NCBI GenBank assembly: GCA_003971905.1
Contig: RSEE01000001.1
Location: 372,001-436,000, forward strand
Length of the DNA: 64,000 nucleotides
Origin: Moniliella sp. 'wahieum'
Taxonomy: Eukaryota
Reading direction: 5' to 3'
Position 1 is the first letter of the stretch. Each line of letters begins with the position of its first letter. The position numbers and the translations under genes were made by a program. This document shows, piece by piece, positions 38,428-51,533 of the stretch. The notes below the pieces were generated by a model that saw nothing but the letters and a program-made list of their open reading frames with translations, searched no databases and was not told the origin of the DNA.

Positions 38428-41400
38428 TCATAGGCACCCGGATCGCGACGACGTTGAACCGCTTGTCGTACCCGGTCGTGTACTTCTGCGTGCTGCCCAA
38501 AACCTATCGGTCATCCCGCCCATGATCGCTGTATCGTCGCCCAAGTCCAGGGAGGATGTGCTGTGGACGCGCGAGGGACAGGGATTGAGTAAGAGAAGTG
38601 GAAGCAGACGCAGAGGCCGAAGCCGAAACCGAAGCCGAAGCCGAAGCCGAAGCGGGAGTTGACGTCGACGCGGAAGCGGACACAGAGGGAGCGTGAACTT
38701 CGTTCCACAGCTCCAGCTGTTTGCTATGCGCCCGCACCGTCTTTTCCAAATCGCGGGGAGCCGTGCGATCGGTCCAGTGGCGATAGCCGGCATGCACAGG
38801 ACGCGGGAGCGCAGTCGCCGACTCGGCAAGCTTGCCATGCAACGCCAGTGCCAATTGTGACAAACGCAGCGGGACGGGCAACAAGGATTTGGGTGCCTTT
38901 CCTTCCAACAAGGGGTGCAGCACGTTTCCATACACACTCGAACGCGGGGGCAAGGTGATCAGTTTGCGTTCATGCTTGGCACGGAACGCACGCATGTCCA
39001 GCTCGCCCTGTTGGGCTCGGAAAAAGGTCGCGGCTCGTCGGGCTAGCGCGGTGGGGTTGGCCGTCTGGGCATGCACAGCGGCAGGCAAGACCGAGAGACA
39101 GATCCCGATGCTTGGACGCACCTCGGACACTTTCTGCTTTCCCTATGTGGACCCTTGCTTTTGCTTTTGCTCTGGCTCGGGATCTTGCTCTTGCTACGTA
39201 GAGACTGGGACGATGTGAGCGCACACCCGTTTCCCGAGGTGTGGGGAGCAAGGCCAAACATGGGAGCGGAGAGCCGTGCCGTAGTGGAATCGGGATTGAT
39301 CGCTGCCTTTGTCGGCGTCAAAAACTCCACATCGATTCGCAGTGCAGCGCCCTTGCGCGGTCCAGGCGCCGAGGGCGAAAGGTCAATCACCGTGTTGCCT
39401 AGCCAAGCTAATGCATACAACAAAGGTTCCCAGCTCTCGGCGCGAGCCACGAAGAAGGAACCTTCCCCAGATTTGGCTGTACCAAACCGGGGATCGGGCA
39501 TGAGGGGGATACAAGCCGGGAACCAATCGAACGATTTGCCCCCTTCTGCGGACCCAGAAAACGCTGCCTCAGTGCCCTTCTGGTCGGGGGAGAGGAGAAG
39601 AGATGCTGATCAAATGGGGCAGAAGCCCAGCCCCATTCCAAGCCAGGAAGGGACCGCCAGAGCGTGGCAGAGCCAGCTGTTGTTCCCGTTGTCGTAGCTT
39701 TCGCCCCCGTGGCCTTTGCAGGTTGAGAGAGAGATGACTCAGGAACCTCATGAGGCTTAGAAGATTTGGATGATTTGGAAGGTGCAGAAGAAGCAGAAGG
39801 CACAGAAGGCTCAGAAGGCTCAGAAGGCGCAGCAGGAGCAGAAGGCGCAGAAGGAGCAGAAGGAGCAGAAGGCGCAGAAGGCGTAGAAGGCGTAGAAGGC
39901 ACAGAAGGCACAGAAGGCGCAGACGGCGAAGACGGCGAAGAAGGCTCAGAAGGCTCGGAAAGCTGGGTAGGCTGCACGACACTTACATTCGCATCGCTCA
40001 CTGCTGCAGGGGGTTCCGGCTCTGCTTCGACTTGTACTGCGGTCTCAGAAGCGGGTGCGGAGCCAGAAGCGGATGAAATAGCCACAGGAGGGGGTGGGGG
40101 TTTCCTCCGCTCCGTCTTGGGCGGAGGAGGCGGAGGTGGACGCGAAGGACGCGAAGGACGCGAATGACGTGGGTTATGGTCCGTATTGGCCCGTTGGACC
40201 AAGGTGGGAGGAAGCAACGGTTCCCGCTTTCCGTGAGCAAGGGTTTGGCTACGAGTCGGGCCTTCGGTTGGGGTCGTATCCCCATCCTCGTTCAACGGGA
40301 TGAGGGCGGGTGCGGAGGTGTTGAGCACGGGAGCGGGGGGGAGTGGCGCCCGTTTGGGAGGGGGTGGGGGCGGGCGATGTTGCGAGGGAGGTGAAGTAGC
40401 AGAGGTGGGGAGGGGGGGCAGAGCAGTGCTTCCTAATTCCGGATGGGGGGGTGCAAGGGAGGGGAGGAAAGTGAAGAAGGAAGCGGTGGGAGAGTCGAGC
40501 TGGTGGTGGAGCTCACAGAACTTCGTGGAAGAGGAGGTAAAGGTCTTGGCGCGGGTGTGTCTTGTGACGTGGGAGTGGTCGCACCGCCTGCTTGCCACGT
40601 TGGCGCCTGTGCCGAGTATGGCGGCGGTTCATCAGTCGGGTCCTCGTGGAGGTGCATCGAAGGAAGAGGCAATCCTCCTTCAGTCTCGGGATCGAGTCCG
40701 AGTTGTGCAGCGACTGAGGGCGGTATGAACATAGGCCTGTCAGAGTCTGACTGGCCCACAAGCTGCAGCGTGTGAAGGAAGCTGTCATCTTCCTCTTGCC
40801 TCGGGAAGGAAGCGCTGGAGCGAGAAGAACTGGGTGCATAGACATCAGCCCAGAAGTTGTCCTCGTCATTGTAGCGCTGCTCACGTTCGGCGAGGTATTG
40901 TTGGTGTTCCCGTTGGCTCAGATCCATGGCATGAGCCAGGGACTGGGCAAACTGTTCCATTTCGGCTTTGTGTTGCTCCTCTCGGAACGCGAAGCTCCAG
41001 TGCAGCATCTAGGAGGGCCTGTTGTTCCTGTTCTTCCAAGGCACGACGACGCTCGAGCGCAGCTGCATCCGATGCAGCACGCGAGGCAGCCAGGGCCGCC
41101 GCCAGCTCGTCCTCTCTCAAGGTAGCCTGGCGTGCCTCCTCCTGCGCCGCCCGGCGCGATTCTTCAATGGCAATGGCCATGGCGGCATCGTGTGCGTCGC
41201 GCCGCTGTTTCTCGGCAAAGGCCTCTTGTGCTGTTGAAGGCGCTGGGCCTCCTCGTGAGCGGACTGGGCAAGAGCTTGAGCCACGCCTGCTCGGCCTGGC
41301 GCCGCTCTCGCATACGCGCCTCTTCTTGCTCGCTCTCGGCCAGGGAGGCAGCAATGGCCATGTGCATCGCAGCGTCTGGATCGTCGCTGGGGCGGGGGCG

Positions 41401-41627
41401 AGGGGCATGCTTAGCCCATGGTCGCGCTCGCGCTCGAGCTCGAGGCGCTTGGCATGGGCAGCAGCGGACAGGCGCAGGGCCTCGGCCAGCTGTGGGTCGG
41501 CGTCGTCGGGGCGGGGGCGGTGGGAGGACGGCGACGGGAGCGGCGGGGGGAGGGGTGGAGGGAGATGCATGTGGGGCGGTGGGGCAGACGAGCGGGGCGC
41601 ATGGGCGCTCCCCTTGGACGGCGGCAT
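38428..41627 (-). CDS. Large Pro-rich protein with multiple UIM-like ubiquitin-binding motifs
   Basis: DPQLAEALRLS, DAAMHMAIAASLAES, DAAMAIAIEESRR, EDELAAALAASRA, SLAHAMDLSQRE. A folded-looking C-terminal region contains FFVARAESWEPLLYALAWLGNTVI. Confidence 0.65.
39776..39960. repeat. Coding 9-bp tandem repeat (GAAGGCGCA-like) encoding PS(A/E/V/T) on the minus strand
   Basis: About 20 imperfect 9-mers gaaggcNca within the UIM protein. Confidence 0.85.
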
Positions 41628-41953
41628 GAGTGGCAGACGGCCATGTCGAGCAGCGCCGCCGCCGCACAGCGAATGGCAGTGCCGCACGCCCGGCACATGA
41701 CGTAACGGCTGCGACGCGGCCGGCCGGCAGCACTTAAACCCCCGCACACTCGCCCGCCGCCCGCCGCCCGCCTCCAGCGCGGCCCCAGACGCGCATTACG
41801 TACGCAGCTGCGCCACCGGGGGCCGAGGCGGCAGCGAGGCGGCTGCGGGGGGCTGCGCTTCGCCGGAAGCATGGCCAACCCTACGCCCCAATCCTACCCT
41901 CAGCCTGGGCCTGCTGCGACTCGGCTGGGCGGTTGAGCGTCCCTCAGCACGTT

Positions 41954-42520
41954 GGTTACTAGTTACTCTAGTTACTAGACCCAGACGCCCTGCTGTTTTC
42001 CATGCCCCTGCGTCGCGCCTCGAAAGCGACTGGATCCTCAAATTTCACGCTGCCAGGGCCGGCGGCATGATCTGCACAAACACAGCAGGGGGGCACTGGC
42101 GCGGGCGCATGGCATCTCCAACTGCCCCTGTCGCGGGCTGCCGGCCCTGCGCGCTTCTGCGCCACACGCCGCTGCCAGCGCCCTGGCGGAGGGGCGGCGC
42201 CTGCAGCCTGCGAAACCCCCGGCGCATCCGTGCCTGGGGGGAGTGTGTGACATGGGATGCATGATGCATGGCCAATGGAGCATGCCCGTGGTGCGGCACG
42301 GTGTGGCATGTGGCATGTGGCATGTGACATGTGATGCATGATGCATACTCTCCCGGCGAGGCTATGTGGAAGTGTGAAGCGGGAACTCGGCGCTGGACCG
42401 GCGGGTGGAGCGCGGGGATGCGGTCGGTACTGAGTGAGTAACGGAGTACACTGAGTACAGGGTTACTGAGTTGCTGGATACTGAGTCCGGCAAGTTGAAC
42501 GTTGAGTTCAACGTATAATG
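41954..42520. repeat. Heptamer arrays in a divergent promoter
   Basis: gttactagttactctagttactag; (TGGcatg)3 TGAcatg TGAtgca TGAtgca at about 42304-42346; recurring CTGAGT; TGAacgt TGAgttc at about 42498. Confidence 0.7.
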
Positions 42521-42707
42521 TTCAACTGATACATGAGTAGCGTTAATGATTGGCGCATTCTGGCAGGCAGGCGTGGCGGGCGCAAGGCTGCGCTGGTGCC
42601 TGCGGGTGCCTCGCCGCGTGGGCCGAGCGGTGAGCAACGGGTGAGGCGGCCAGACGGAGGTACTGAGGAGCAGCGGCATGGGTGGAATGCAAATGGGCGC
42701 TCGGTCG

Positions 42708-44970
42708 ATGAACGCCATCGGTGATCGACGTCGCTGGCCCCCGTCGCTGCGTCCAGGCGTCCCCATCCCATCCACCCTGGCATCCATCCATCCCACGCCG
42801 TGTCTCCCGCCTCCCGCGCGCTGCTGCCGCCCACACTCTTTTGCATCCCCCCTCCTCTCCTCTCCCCCCGCCTCGCCCCGCCCTCCTCGCCGCTGCCGCT
42901 GCGGCTCACGCTCACCCCCCCCCCCCCCCGCCAGCCGCGTCTGCTGCGCCGCCCGGGTCCTGCCACGCTCCCGCCCATGCCGCTGTCGCTGCCATCGGTG
43001 TTGCCTGCCTCTGCTCCTGCCTCCGCCTCTGCCCCTGTCTCTGTCTCCGCCAGGCCTACTGCCGCGCCTGCCCTGCTCGTCGATCCTTCCGATGGGTCGC
43101 GTCTGGAGCGCCGGCGCTTCGCCTCCTTCCCGCCCCTTTCCCCCTCCAGTCCCAGCCCCAGCCACGGTCAGATGTACCGCAGGTGTACGGCCCCTTTGCT
43201 GCCCACTCCATGCACGACGTGTGGGCAGCCAAGCGTCTCGTCCAACATGCCCGTCGCCATGCCCTGCCCATCCCTCACCCTGTCCACCCCGCTGCCCCCG
43301 CGCTGGCAGCGCGGCAAAACGCGAGCGAAGACGCCTGCTGGGTAGGCAACGCTGTCCTCTCCTGCTACCCCACCGCCGACACCGAGGTGGTGCAGGGCCA
43401 ATGGTCCAAGTTCATCTGGAACAACAACTATCCCCGCTTCATCCAGATTGGCGCCGTCGACATTTACCTCTTTCGTGATGATGGGGACGTTGTGCAGACA
43501 TCCTGGACCAGTATCAACAACCACCTTGGCCGCATTTCCTTTAGTCCGGGGGACCCATGGTGGCAAGACTTGCCACAGGCAGCCACCATCCAACCCGGCC
43601 AAAACGTCTCTTGGCCCTTTTACTTGTCGTCACCCCAGCTGGTATGGGTACTGCTTCGGGTATCACCCGCCAAAGCACTTTTACTGCCATCCAAACCGCC
43701 TTGCCCACTTCCATTGCCCTTGCCCGTTCTTCTTCTTCCTCTGCCTCCCTCGCCAGCGCAGCCGCCGCTTCTTCCCGCTCTGCCTCTCCCTCGCTGCTCA
43801 ATCTATCGCTTCTTCTCTTTGGTCCGCTACCCACACCCTCTCAGGGGCGAGCTTGTCTTCCTACCTCTCCTCCCTGGGTGCCTCGGAGACGGCCTCGGTC
43901 GTGTCGCAAATCAGTGTCTCCATCGAATCGTCCCTGCGATCCGAGGGGTTTAGCGGGACCCAAACTGGCCTCGCCACTTTGACCACCACGCTTGCCGATG
44001 GGCACACCGTCACTGCCACCGCTACAGCCCAAGCCGACGGTGGAGCATTGAACGAGCACATGCATGCCTCTCACACGCTCCCACGGTACGCCATTGCCCT
44101 CATCGCCGTCTTTGGTTCGCTCGCCCTTTTTCTCGCCTTGGCTGGGGGTACCTGATCTGGCGCAAATGCCGGCGTCAGCCAGGCGCTGCGTCCAAGGAAA
44201 AGACAGGGACCAGCATGCGTTCCACCTCGCCCATGCTCGCCCCAGTGATCATTCCTCAGCACGAGCCACGCCCCCCTCTCCTTTCCTCTCCACGGTCTCC
44301 CATATCAGGACCTTGGGTGCAAGAAGCCTCGCCCGCTTCTCCTGGAATGCTCCCTACCCCGCTCACCTCTCTCTCTCACTCTCGCCCTGGCCGTTCGTAC
44401 ACTACTCCTACCGAGGTCTCCGGTACCAGCCTTGCAACGCCGCATGAAGAGACGTTGTGGTCCGACGAGGCGAGTCGGATGGCCGATGCGTTCCGCAACG
44501 CGTTGCGCCGACCCTCCTTTTCTGTGTTGGCCGAGAGCGCATCGGGCTCCTCCCCCGCCTTGGTCGCCGCACCTTCCAGGTCCACCTCGGCCCTGACGGG
44601 AGCAGGGAACGCAGGTCTGGGGCTGGGTCTCGCCCATGGCTCTCATAGCGAGACAGCCGTCGTTCCAGCCGGCGTTGGAGGAGACAGTAGTGTGCGTACC
44701 ATCCTTGCCCTCCCCGCATCTTCGGGGGCGAAGCCGATCGTCCTTCGCTCTCGCAGTTGCTCCAGCAAGAACTGGCGCGGGACGGGATGGAGTTGCGTCA
44801 GGTCCAGAGTGGGTCCAAACCTACAAGCACCCTCTCGCCACCCCTTTCCCCTTCCCCTTCTCCCTTCTCCCTTCCTTGCCCTTCTTCCCTCTCCTGCTCG
44901 GTTGATTACCCCTTTTGAGCCAGATTATCTATACCTGTCCACGTCCTGTACGGCCCCCACTTCTCTTTAA
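42708..44970 (+). CDS. Single-pass membrane protein with extracellular domain and Ser/Thr-rich stalk (start uncertain)
   Basis: LSCYPTADTEVVQGQWSKFIWNNNYPRFIQIGAVDIYLFR, Ser/Ala-rich region, TM YAIALIAVFGSLALFLALAGG, cytoplasmic EASRMADAFRNALRRPSF. Confidence 0.7.
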
Positions 44971-45233
44971 ATGCTTCCCTCCCTGCCCTCCCCCACCCTT
45001 CCCTTCCCTCCTTCCTTACTTCATTCTTCTCCCCTTCTTTTCTTCCTTCCTTGTGCCTGCGGCAACGATCCATTGGCAGTCTGTCACTTTGCCTCCTGAG
45101 CCACATTTTCTTGGTCTGGCAGCTGGCGGAAAGCGCCTTGCTGGTTGCTCGGTCGTGTATGGCAGAAGCTCAACGTGGCAGAGAGCCCTAGAGCACGCTG
45201 AGCGTGCAAAGTTTTGCTAACCGGTCCCTTTTC

Positions 45234-45270
45234 TTGCTCACGCTCAGCGCTCACTCGTCACTAGTCACTA
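45234..45270 (-). repeat. TGA-NNNN heptamer array
   Basis: Minus strand reads TGActag TGAcgag TGAgcgc TGAgcg TGAgc. Confidence 0.7.
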
Positions 45271-46491
45271 CGGTGGCCTACTAGGCTGCGCGCGCTGACG
45301 CTGACACTGCGGAGAGCGGGCGTGGAGAGCTGGGATGGGAAAGAGGTCACCGGTGAAACGATAGGAGGGTGAGGCTGGTAAGGCCAAAGGCCGCGCCGCG
45401 CGGATTGGCCGCCGGACCGTATGGCTTGCGATGTCATCCACCTGAGGGAGCCTATGTATGTGTTCTGATGCGGGGGCAGTTGAAAGGGTATGCAGCTACG
45501 CTCTGGCGGTGGTGCCCATGGCAGTGGCCAACCGCCTCGGCTTGGGGGGGTGTTGTTAAGGCATACGAGAGGAAAGGGATGGGGTGGGGCGAGGGTTTTA
45601 TTAGGAAGCGTCGGAGGGGCCACCGCTAACACGGCCCCCACTTCCTGCCCATTCACATGTCATACTCCGTTTCCTGTCAGGAGTTGGGAGCCAAAACGGT
45701 TTTCCCGTAAGCACGACGGATTGATATGTATTCGCCCTCGTGCTCAAGCTCATGCTCGTGACCTTTGTGCTCACATGCACCTACCTTGTAGCTTGCAGCT
45801 CGTCGGTTCTCCGATCGTCATCGATCCTCTTCGTCTCTGCCGCCTGGAGCCAACGGTGGTGGCTGGTGGGGGGCAGCCAGCGCTCAAAAGCAGGCCCTGT
45901 GGGGAAAGGTGGACCCAAAGGGGCGCGGTGGCCACGGTGAGGTGGCCAGAGGCGGCAGCAGCGCACTCGCCTAGTCCGCGTGCCGCTGGTTAAGCTTGCG
46001 CGGCCACAGAGCCGAACAGCTGTGGGCTTAAGCGCATAAGCCCCTGGGCCGTTTCGGCTGCCGAGCCCGTCGCGGGAGTATACGCAGGACTGAGTCCTGA
46101 GTTGAATGCGACTGCTCCCACGCTCCCCCGCGGGCCTGTGCCACAAGATGGGCAATCCGTGTCTCCCTCTCCTCCACCACCATCTCCACCTCTCCCCTCT
46201 AGCTGCGAACGCCATTCGCCGCTGTTTTTTCCTTCTTGCCCATGCCCTCCTCCACTGGCCCCGTCTCTGATGACCAGTAGCCTCTTCCCACTCGATAACC
46301 GCGTTACACTTGCTCCATTTATCGATCCGGCCCTCGTTCTAGCCCCCTTCCCCAACCTCCCCTCCCACCCCTCAGACCACCAGCTGCCGGATCTGGTACG
46401 CATCTCTGCCCCCTTCCTTTTGTATTGGCCCCTCCGGTGCTCAAGCTGACCCATCATCACACACGCTGCCTTCGCATGTAGCTGCCGCACG

Positions 46492-47941
46492 ATGTGCCCA
46501 GCACTCAAGATCTAATCGCACTCCAACTTTTCGAAACTGCTGGTGCCACCGCACCATTCGGAGACACCATCCATCTCCCTTTGCCTTCCCCATCTAACAG
46601 TCCTCCCTTCCTCACTACTAGCCCCCGACTTGCGGTCCCCGACGGGTTCTTGTCCGAGTCACCCATGGTCTCGGCTTACCCGTCGGAAGAGTCATCGGAC
46701 CCCTCCGGATCCCGAATCGACTTCCCACATTTCCCCTCCCGGCCTGTCCCCCGCCTCCGCAGACTCCGAATCTTCACTCCTCGGAAGCCCGCTCGCCTTG
46801 CGAAAGGGTACCAGCGGTACCGCCTTCCCTCGGTTTCGCCCAAGACGATACCGTTCGCCCCCCCTCCCGAGTCGCACGGACACCAGCACAAATCCATTCG
46901 CACCTCGGTTCATCCCCGCCGAGGCGGCAAAGCCACAACGAAGCGGGACCCCGTATCCGAACCAATGCACCTCCATCCTGTATCGCTGCAGGAAACCGTG
47001 CCGGCCACCCCGACGGTGGCGCCCACATGGCGAATGCCCTCCAGCTCACTGCCCTATCCGACCTCACCGGCGGAAATATCACCCGGTTGGCCACAGATGG
47101 GCATGAACATGATGTCCAATACCGCTCTGTCCGACCCGCTCTTGGCGCTCAAACCGAGCCCTGTACCCCTCCTTGGGCACCCTTTTTTCCCTACCCACAC
47201 CATCCCCACAGGCGACGGCCAAGCCCAAATCGTAGCCCACGATGCGCTTTTGTCCGCCATGGCCGGGCTGCACAAACCCTCGGCACCATTTCATCTACGT
47301 TCGAGCTCGGTTCCTTCTCGTCTTCGGCCCAACCTGAGTCGGAAAGCAGCAGGTCTTTTCGGGTCTTACGGCACATGATGGGATGATGCTTGCTTCGCTC
47401 TTGGCATTGCCGTCGCGCAACATGCCCAGCGAAACGCCGTGCCCATTCCCGAACTGTACCAAGGTGTTCCCCAAGAACCGCACCTACAATCTCAAAGCCC
47501 ACTTGCGCAGTCACATCAACCTCAAGCCTTTCCTCTGCACCCGGTGCAACCGCACCTTCTCGCGCAAACACGACCTCCAACGCCATGTGCGGAGCCACGT
47601 ACGTGCCTGCTCCCGTCTCACCTAACGTGGCACAGTGAAAACGGAACTGCGATTCGAGACCTTACGCTGACCTTGCCACATTACGACCTTACCCGTTACA
47701 GACGGGGGATAAACCCTACGTGTGCGAACCGTGTGGGAAATCGTTCCCACGGTCTGACGCGCTACGGCGGCACTGGAAATCGGATCCGCGCTGCCGCGAG
47801 CACTTGCCAGAGGACCTCAAGTCCCTCTCGGCAACACGGAGAAAAGACTTGTCTGCGGTGCCATCCTCGACTGAGCCTCCGGCTGTTCCTGCGGGCTTGC
47901 CTGCGAGGCAAGAACCCGCTCCACCCGAACGCAGTTTATAG
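46492..47941 (+). CDS. C2H2 zinc-finger transcription factor (3 fingers); intron 47599-47701
   Basis: CPFPNCTKVF..YNLKAHLRSH, KPFLCTRCNRTFSRKHDLQRHVRSH|TGDKPYVCEPCGKSFPRSDALRRH. Confidence 0.9.
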
Positions 47942-49393
47942 CGTCTGCGTTGGCGTCTCAATTTTTTGCATAACCACGGACCTTTGCATCCTCCTTACGG
48001 CCACTCTCTTGCCTCTACCTCCCGCGTCTCGCGCCTCCCTCTCACGTATATCCTCACGCGCTCACGAATCTGATGAACTCACTTCGGGGATAGGCTGATC
48101 CTCGCTTGCCCCCCAGGCTCACGTCCTGATGGGAGAAAGCGGATCCTAATCGTCCCCTTCCCCCTTTCTCTCCCCTGCTTGATCCCCCGCCTCACACTTC
48201 TCTTTGCTCTATACGTTCCGCCTGTGTATCGGGTCTCTCCTGCGGCGTTGTCTGTCTCCCTATGGGAGCGCTGCCGCACACACGCTCTCTCCTCTCCTCT
48301 CTCTGTGCCTCTGTGCCCCTGCCTCATGTGGCTCGTCTGTTGAGCCTCGCGTTTGGCAGCAGGTTGGTCGCTTTCACTCGTTTTGTCCATACCGCCTCCC
48401 GACCGTGGCATGTCTCAGAGGCCAGATCAGCCGAGCCGATTGTGCGGTGTTTTGATCGTTGGGCGCTGCGCTAAACAATAGCCCGAAATGGGTCTGGACT
48501 ATGTGTTGGCTTATGTTTTAAGTCAGGACAATCCGGATGAGCCGTTTGGGTCTTGGCTTCACCTTGGATCTTGCTGCGCTCGCCTTTTGGTTCTTCCCCT
48601 TTGGTCCCATCATTCGCCATCGTCTTACCGTTGGCTCGCTTCCCGCAGCTGGCTGCTTCATCTACAAAACCCTCCTATCGCACCATGCTGTGTGGCGTGG
48701 ATTCCGGATCTGTTTAGTTGCCATACATTGACTGTTCTTGACCTTCCTTTTTGTTGGTAGGGTCCCTCGCTCGCATATCTGAGGACATAGCGAAAGAATG
48801 GGAAGTATGAAAACAGTGGCAAGGTATGCAGTTGGTCATGACGGGTTTTGGGGAGGGGGGAGCGAGATGAGAGTTAAGGTGCTCTCCATGTGATCATCAT
48901 TATTCTGTGTTAATAATTACTCATTCTCAATCGACGCCAACGTGCCACCCGGCCTACAGGACTACGTTGGACGGGATGCATATAGGACCGATACAGAGCT
49001 GATATGTAGGGGGCCAAAAAAGGTGCACTTTAACAGGCCTCTAGTACGAAATGGTGCTTCTCGGGCTATAGGGAAAGCTTGGCCTATCGTATGTCAGTGG
49101 CTCCAACACAACCTTACCTGTGCCAGGATTCAATATCACCAGTACCATCATATCGCTCACCACCTGACCGGTGACGAGCACGGGCCTACCTGCAATGTTC
49201 AAGACCGCGCCAGCTGCGCTCTGTCCGCTCTCCGGCCTCAACCGGGCCGACTGCAAGCCGGCGGCTCCCCCGCGTTGGTGCGGGGAGCGACGCTGGGCTG
49301 GTCTGCCGCTTCACTTCTTCCTCCCGCCTTCCTTTTGCCGTGCGCTCCCATGTCCACCCCGCCTGTTCCACCTCCGCCGCCTGGTGGGGTCGA

Positions 49394-50648
49394 ATGGTAA
49401 GGCCAAGGCCTCTGCGCCGCCCCCTGCCAACAACACGCCCTCTCTGGCCTCTAGCCTGCTCCCCTCAGGCGCCGGGATGCTGCAGGACCTGGCTCAAGGC
49501 CTCAGTGCAACGCAAAAGGCTCCGCAATTTGCTGCTGCTACCAGCTCCGCTGCAGCCTGGGAAGGCGCGCAGATGTATACCGGCGGCTCGGGCGCCTCGA
49601 CCTCGGCGTCGGCTGCGCCCGGTGCGGCGTTCCGGTCCAGCGCGCCACACACTTCCCACGCCTCGGCCCACGACACGACAGCGCGTACACGGCGTTTGCC
49701 ACGCCGGCATCGGGACCGGCCTCGCGCGAGGCGTTCGCCCCCATCCAGCCGGGTGGGACCATGCTTGGGCTGGTGCGGTGCCCAGTGGGGTGGCTGGGCC
49801 CGGACCGAGCCACGCCGCCGCCTCTCTCCGTCCTGCCCCTGCCCGCCCGACCGACGAGGACTTTCTTGCTCTTCTCGAGGAAGAAGAACAGGTGCATGGG
49901 GTGTGCCGCAAGGTATGAGCAGTGTGGTGGAGGCGGCGGCGCCTGCGCCTGGGGACGCGAAGCCATGCGCCCACCCCGTTCCTCAGCCACGACATTGGCC
50001 TCGCCAGGCAACACATTGCGCCCGAGGGCTACCGCCCGCCCGAGGCCGGTGTGGATGTCATGTCTGCCGAGCAAGCGGAGATGCACTTGGCCCTGGATCG
50101 CTTGCAGCACTCGGACCGCCCCGACCGGTGGCTGAGCGAATCGTTCCCCCCGCCCGATAACGAGCAACTTCATCAGGGCGTCTATGCCCGAACGGAGGCC
50201 GAAGCGCTCCGGGAGATCGTAGGTGGACCCAGCTCGGTACACCACCTCAATGCCCAGTTGGAGCAGCAGGCCCAATCCTCGTCCCCTCGTTCGTCCCAGA
50301 CCCCATCGCAGTGGGACCAATTACGCACCTACCTCCCGCGTGGGACTTATGTCGATGTACGTCCCCCCCCCCCCTTGTTACGCTTCCAGGGAAAGTTTGC
50401 GAGTACTAATACAACATTTGCGTAGGAGGTATACAACTTGCCGCCCTTGTTGGCCAAGACCTTGGCAGAGCGGAGGAAGAAGCCCCAGCAAACCGACACG
50501 CCCCGATGAGGAGCGCCGCCGCACGGCCATCCGACGACTGGATACCTTGCGCAAGCATCTGGAACCCGCCCAGCCAGGCCCGCCCACCTCGGTGGACGTG
50601 TGGGACATGGAGAAGTTCCTGCAACAGTTGGATCGGCTAGGCCAATGA
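49394..50648 (+). CDS. Hypothetical protein; intron 50357-50425
   Basis: Stitched ORF M(G)KAKASAPP..GMLQDLAQGLS..EDFLALLEEEE..YLPRGTYVD|EVYNLPP..RRRTAIRRLDTLRKHL. Canonical intron GTACGT..CTAAT..TAG. Confidence 0.6.
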
Positions 50649-51533
50649 TCCACCGTGGCCCAGGCGTGCCATCGTGGCGGCAGGGCCGATGCGCCAGTTC
50701 ATCCCGAATCGAATTTGCGCTCTGTCGGGCCGCAGTCCAGGTTGGAGTGGCCTACGTTCAAAACGGCTTGTCCGAGCTTGGCGAGGCCATTCGCTCGCGT
50801 GTCCTTGTACCACTACTCAGAAAGAGGTCCGGCACATTCTACAGCTGTGCTCTTGTCCGGGGGCGCGACGCTCCACATGGTCGGCGGGAAAGTGAGGTTG
50901 GGAAGAAGGAACAGACAGGAACGTATATCCAAGGGGAGAAGCTGATAAGCGCTCGGATTGAGCCAAACAAAGAATACATGGCCCACAGCATGAAGGCTAC
51001 ATGCTCAATGCCATTGGGCACTGCCCGGCGGGGGACGAGGGACAGTGCTACTAAGTCCAGGAGCGGAGCGCACACAGCCAGTCCATCCACCGCTATTGCA
51101 CCATCTCACGGCGGCCGTCCAGAATGGCGCCAGGCCCAGTGCGTCCTGTGTGTCCTACATGAAAATTCCAATCTTCTATCGTAGACCAGGAGAAATCCCA
51201 AGGATAGGCGAAACGCCCAGGATGCAGAGAGGGACAAGGGTTCTGTGGCGCGCATGTTGGTTGAGGACCTGAGGTGGGGGCGCAGAGGGAAGAAGAAGAC
51301 AGAGATGTCCTACTGTACCATCCAATAGCAGAATAGGCGGCGAAAGTGTCCGTAAGAGGTGGGGTACAAGTACAGGGGCGCAGCGCCAGTCAGGGGAGAT
51401 GGGGTCAGAGCGGTACGCCTGCCCCTTCGCACCCGCCCGGGCCGCAAGAACGAAGGCAGAAGGTGAGATGGAGGAGGGACACTGGGCTAGGCTCAGCCTC
51501 AGGTGTCCTCCCCCGGGGGTAGGGGCAAGAGGG

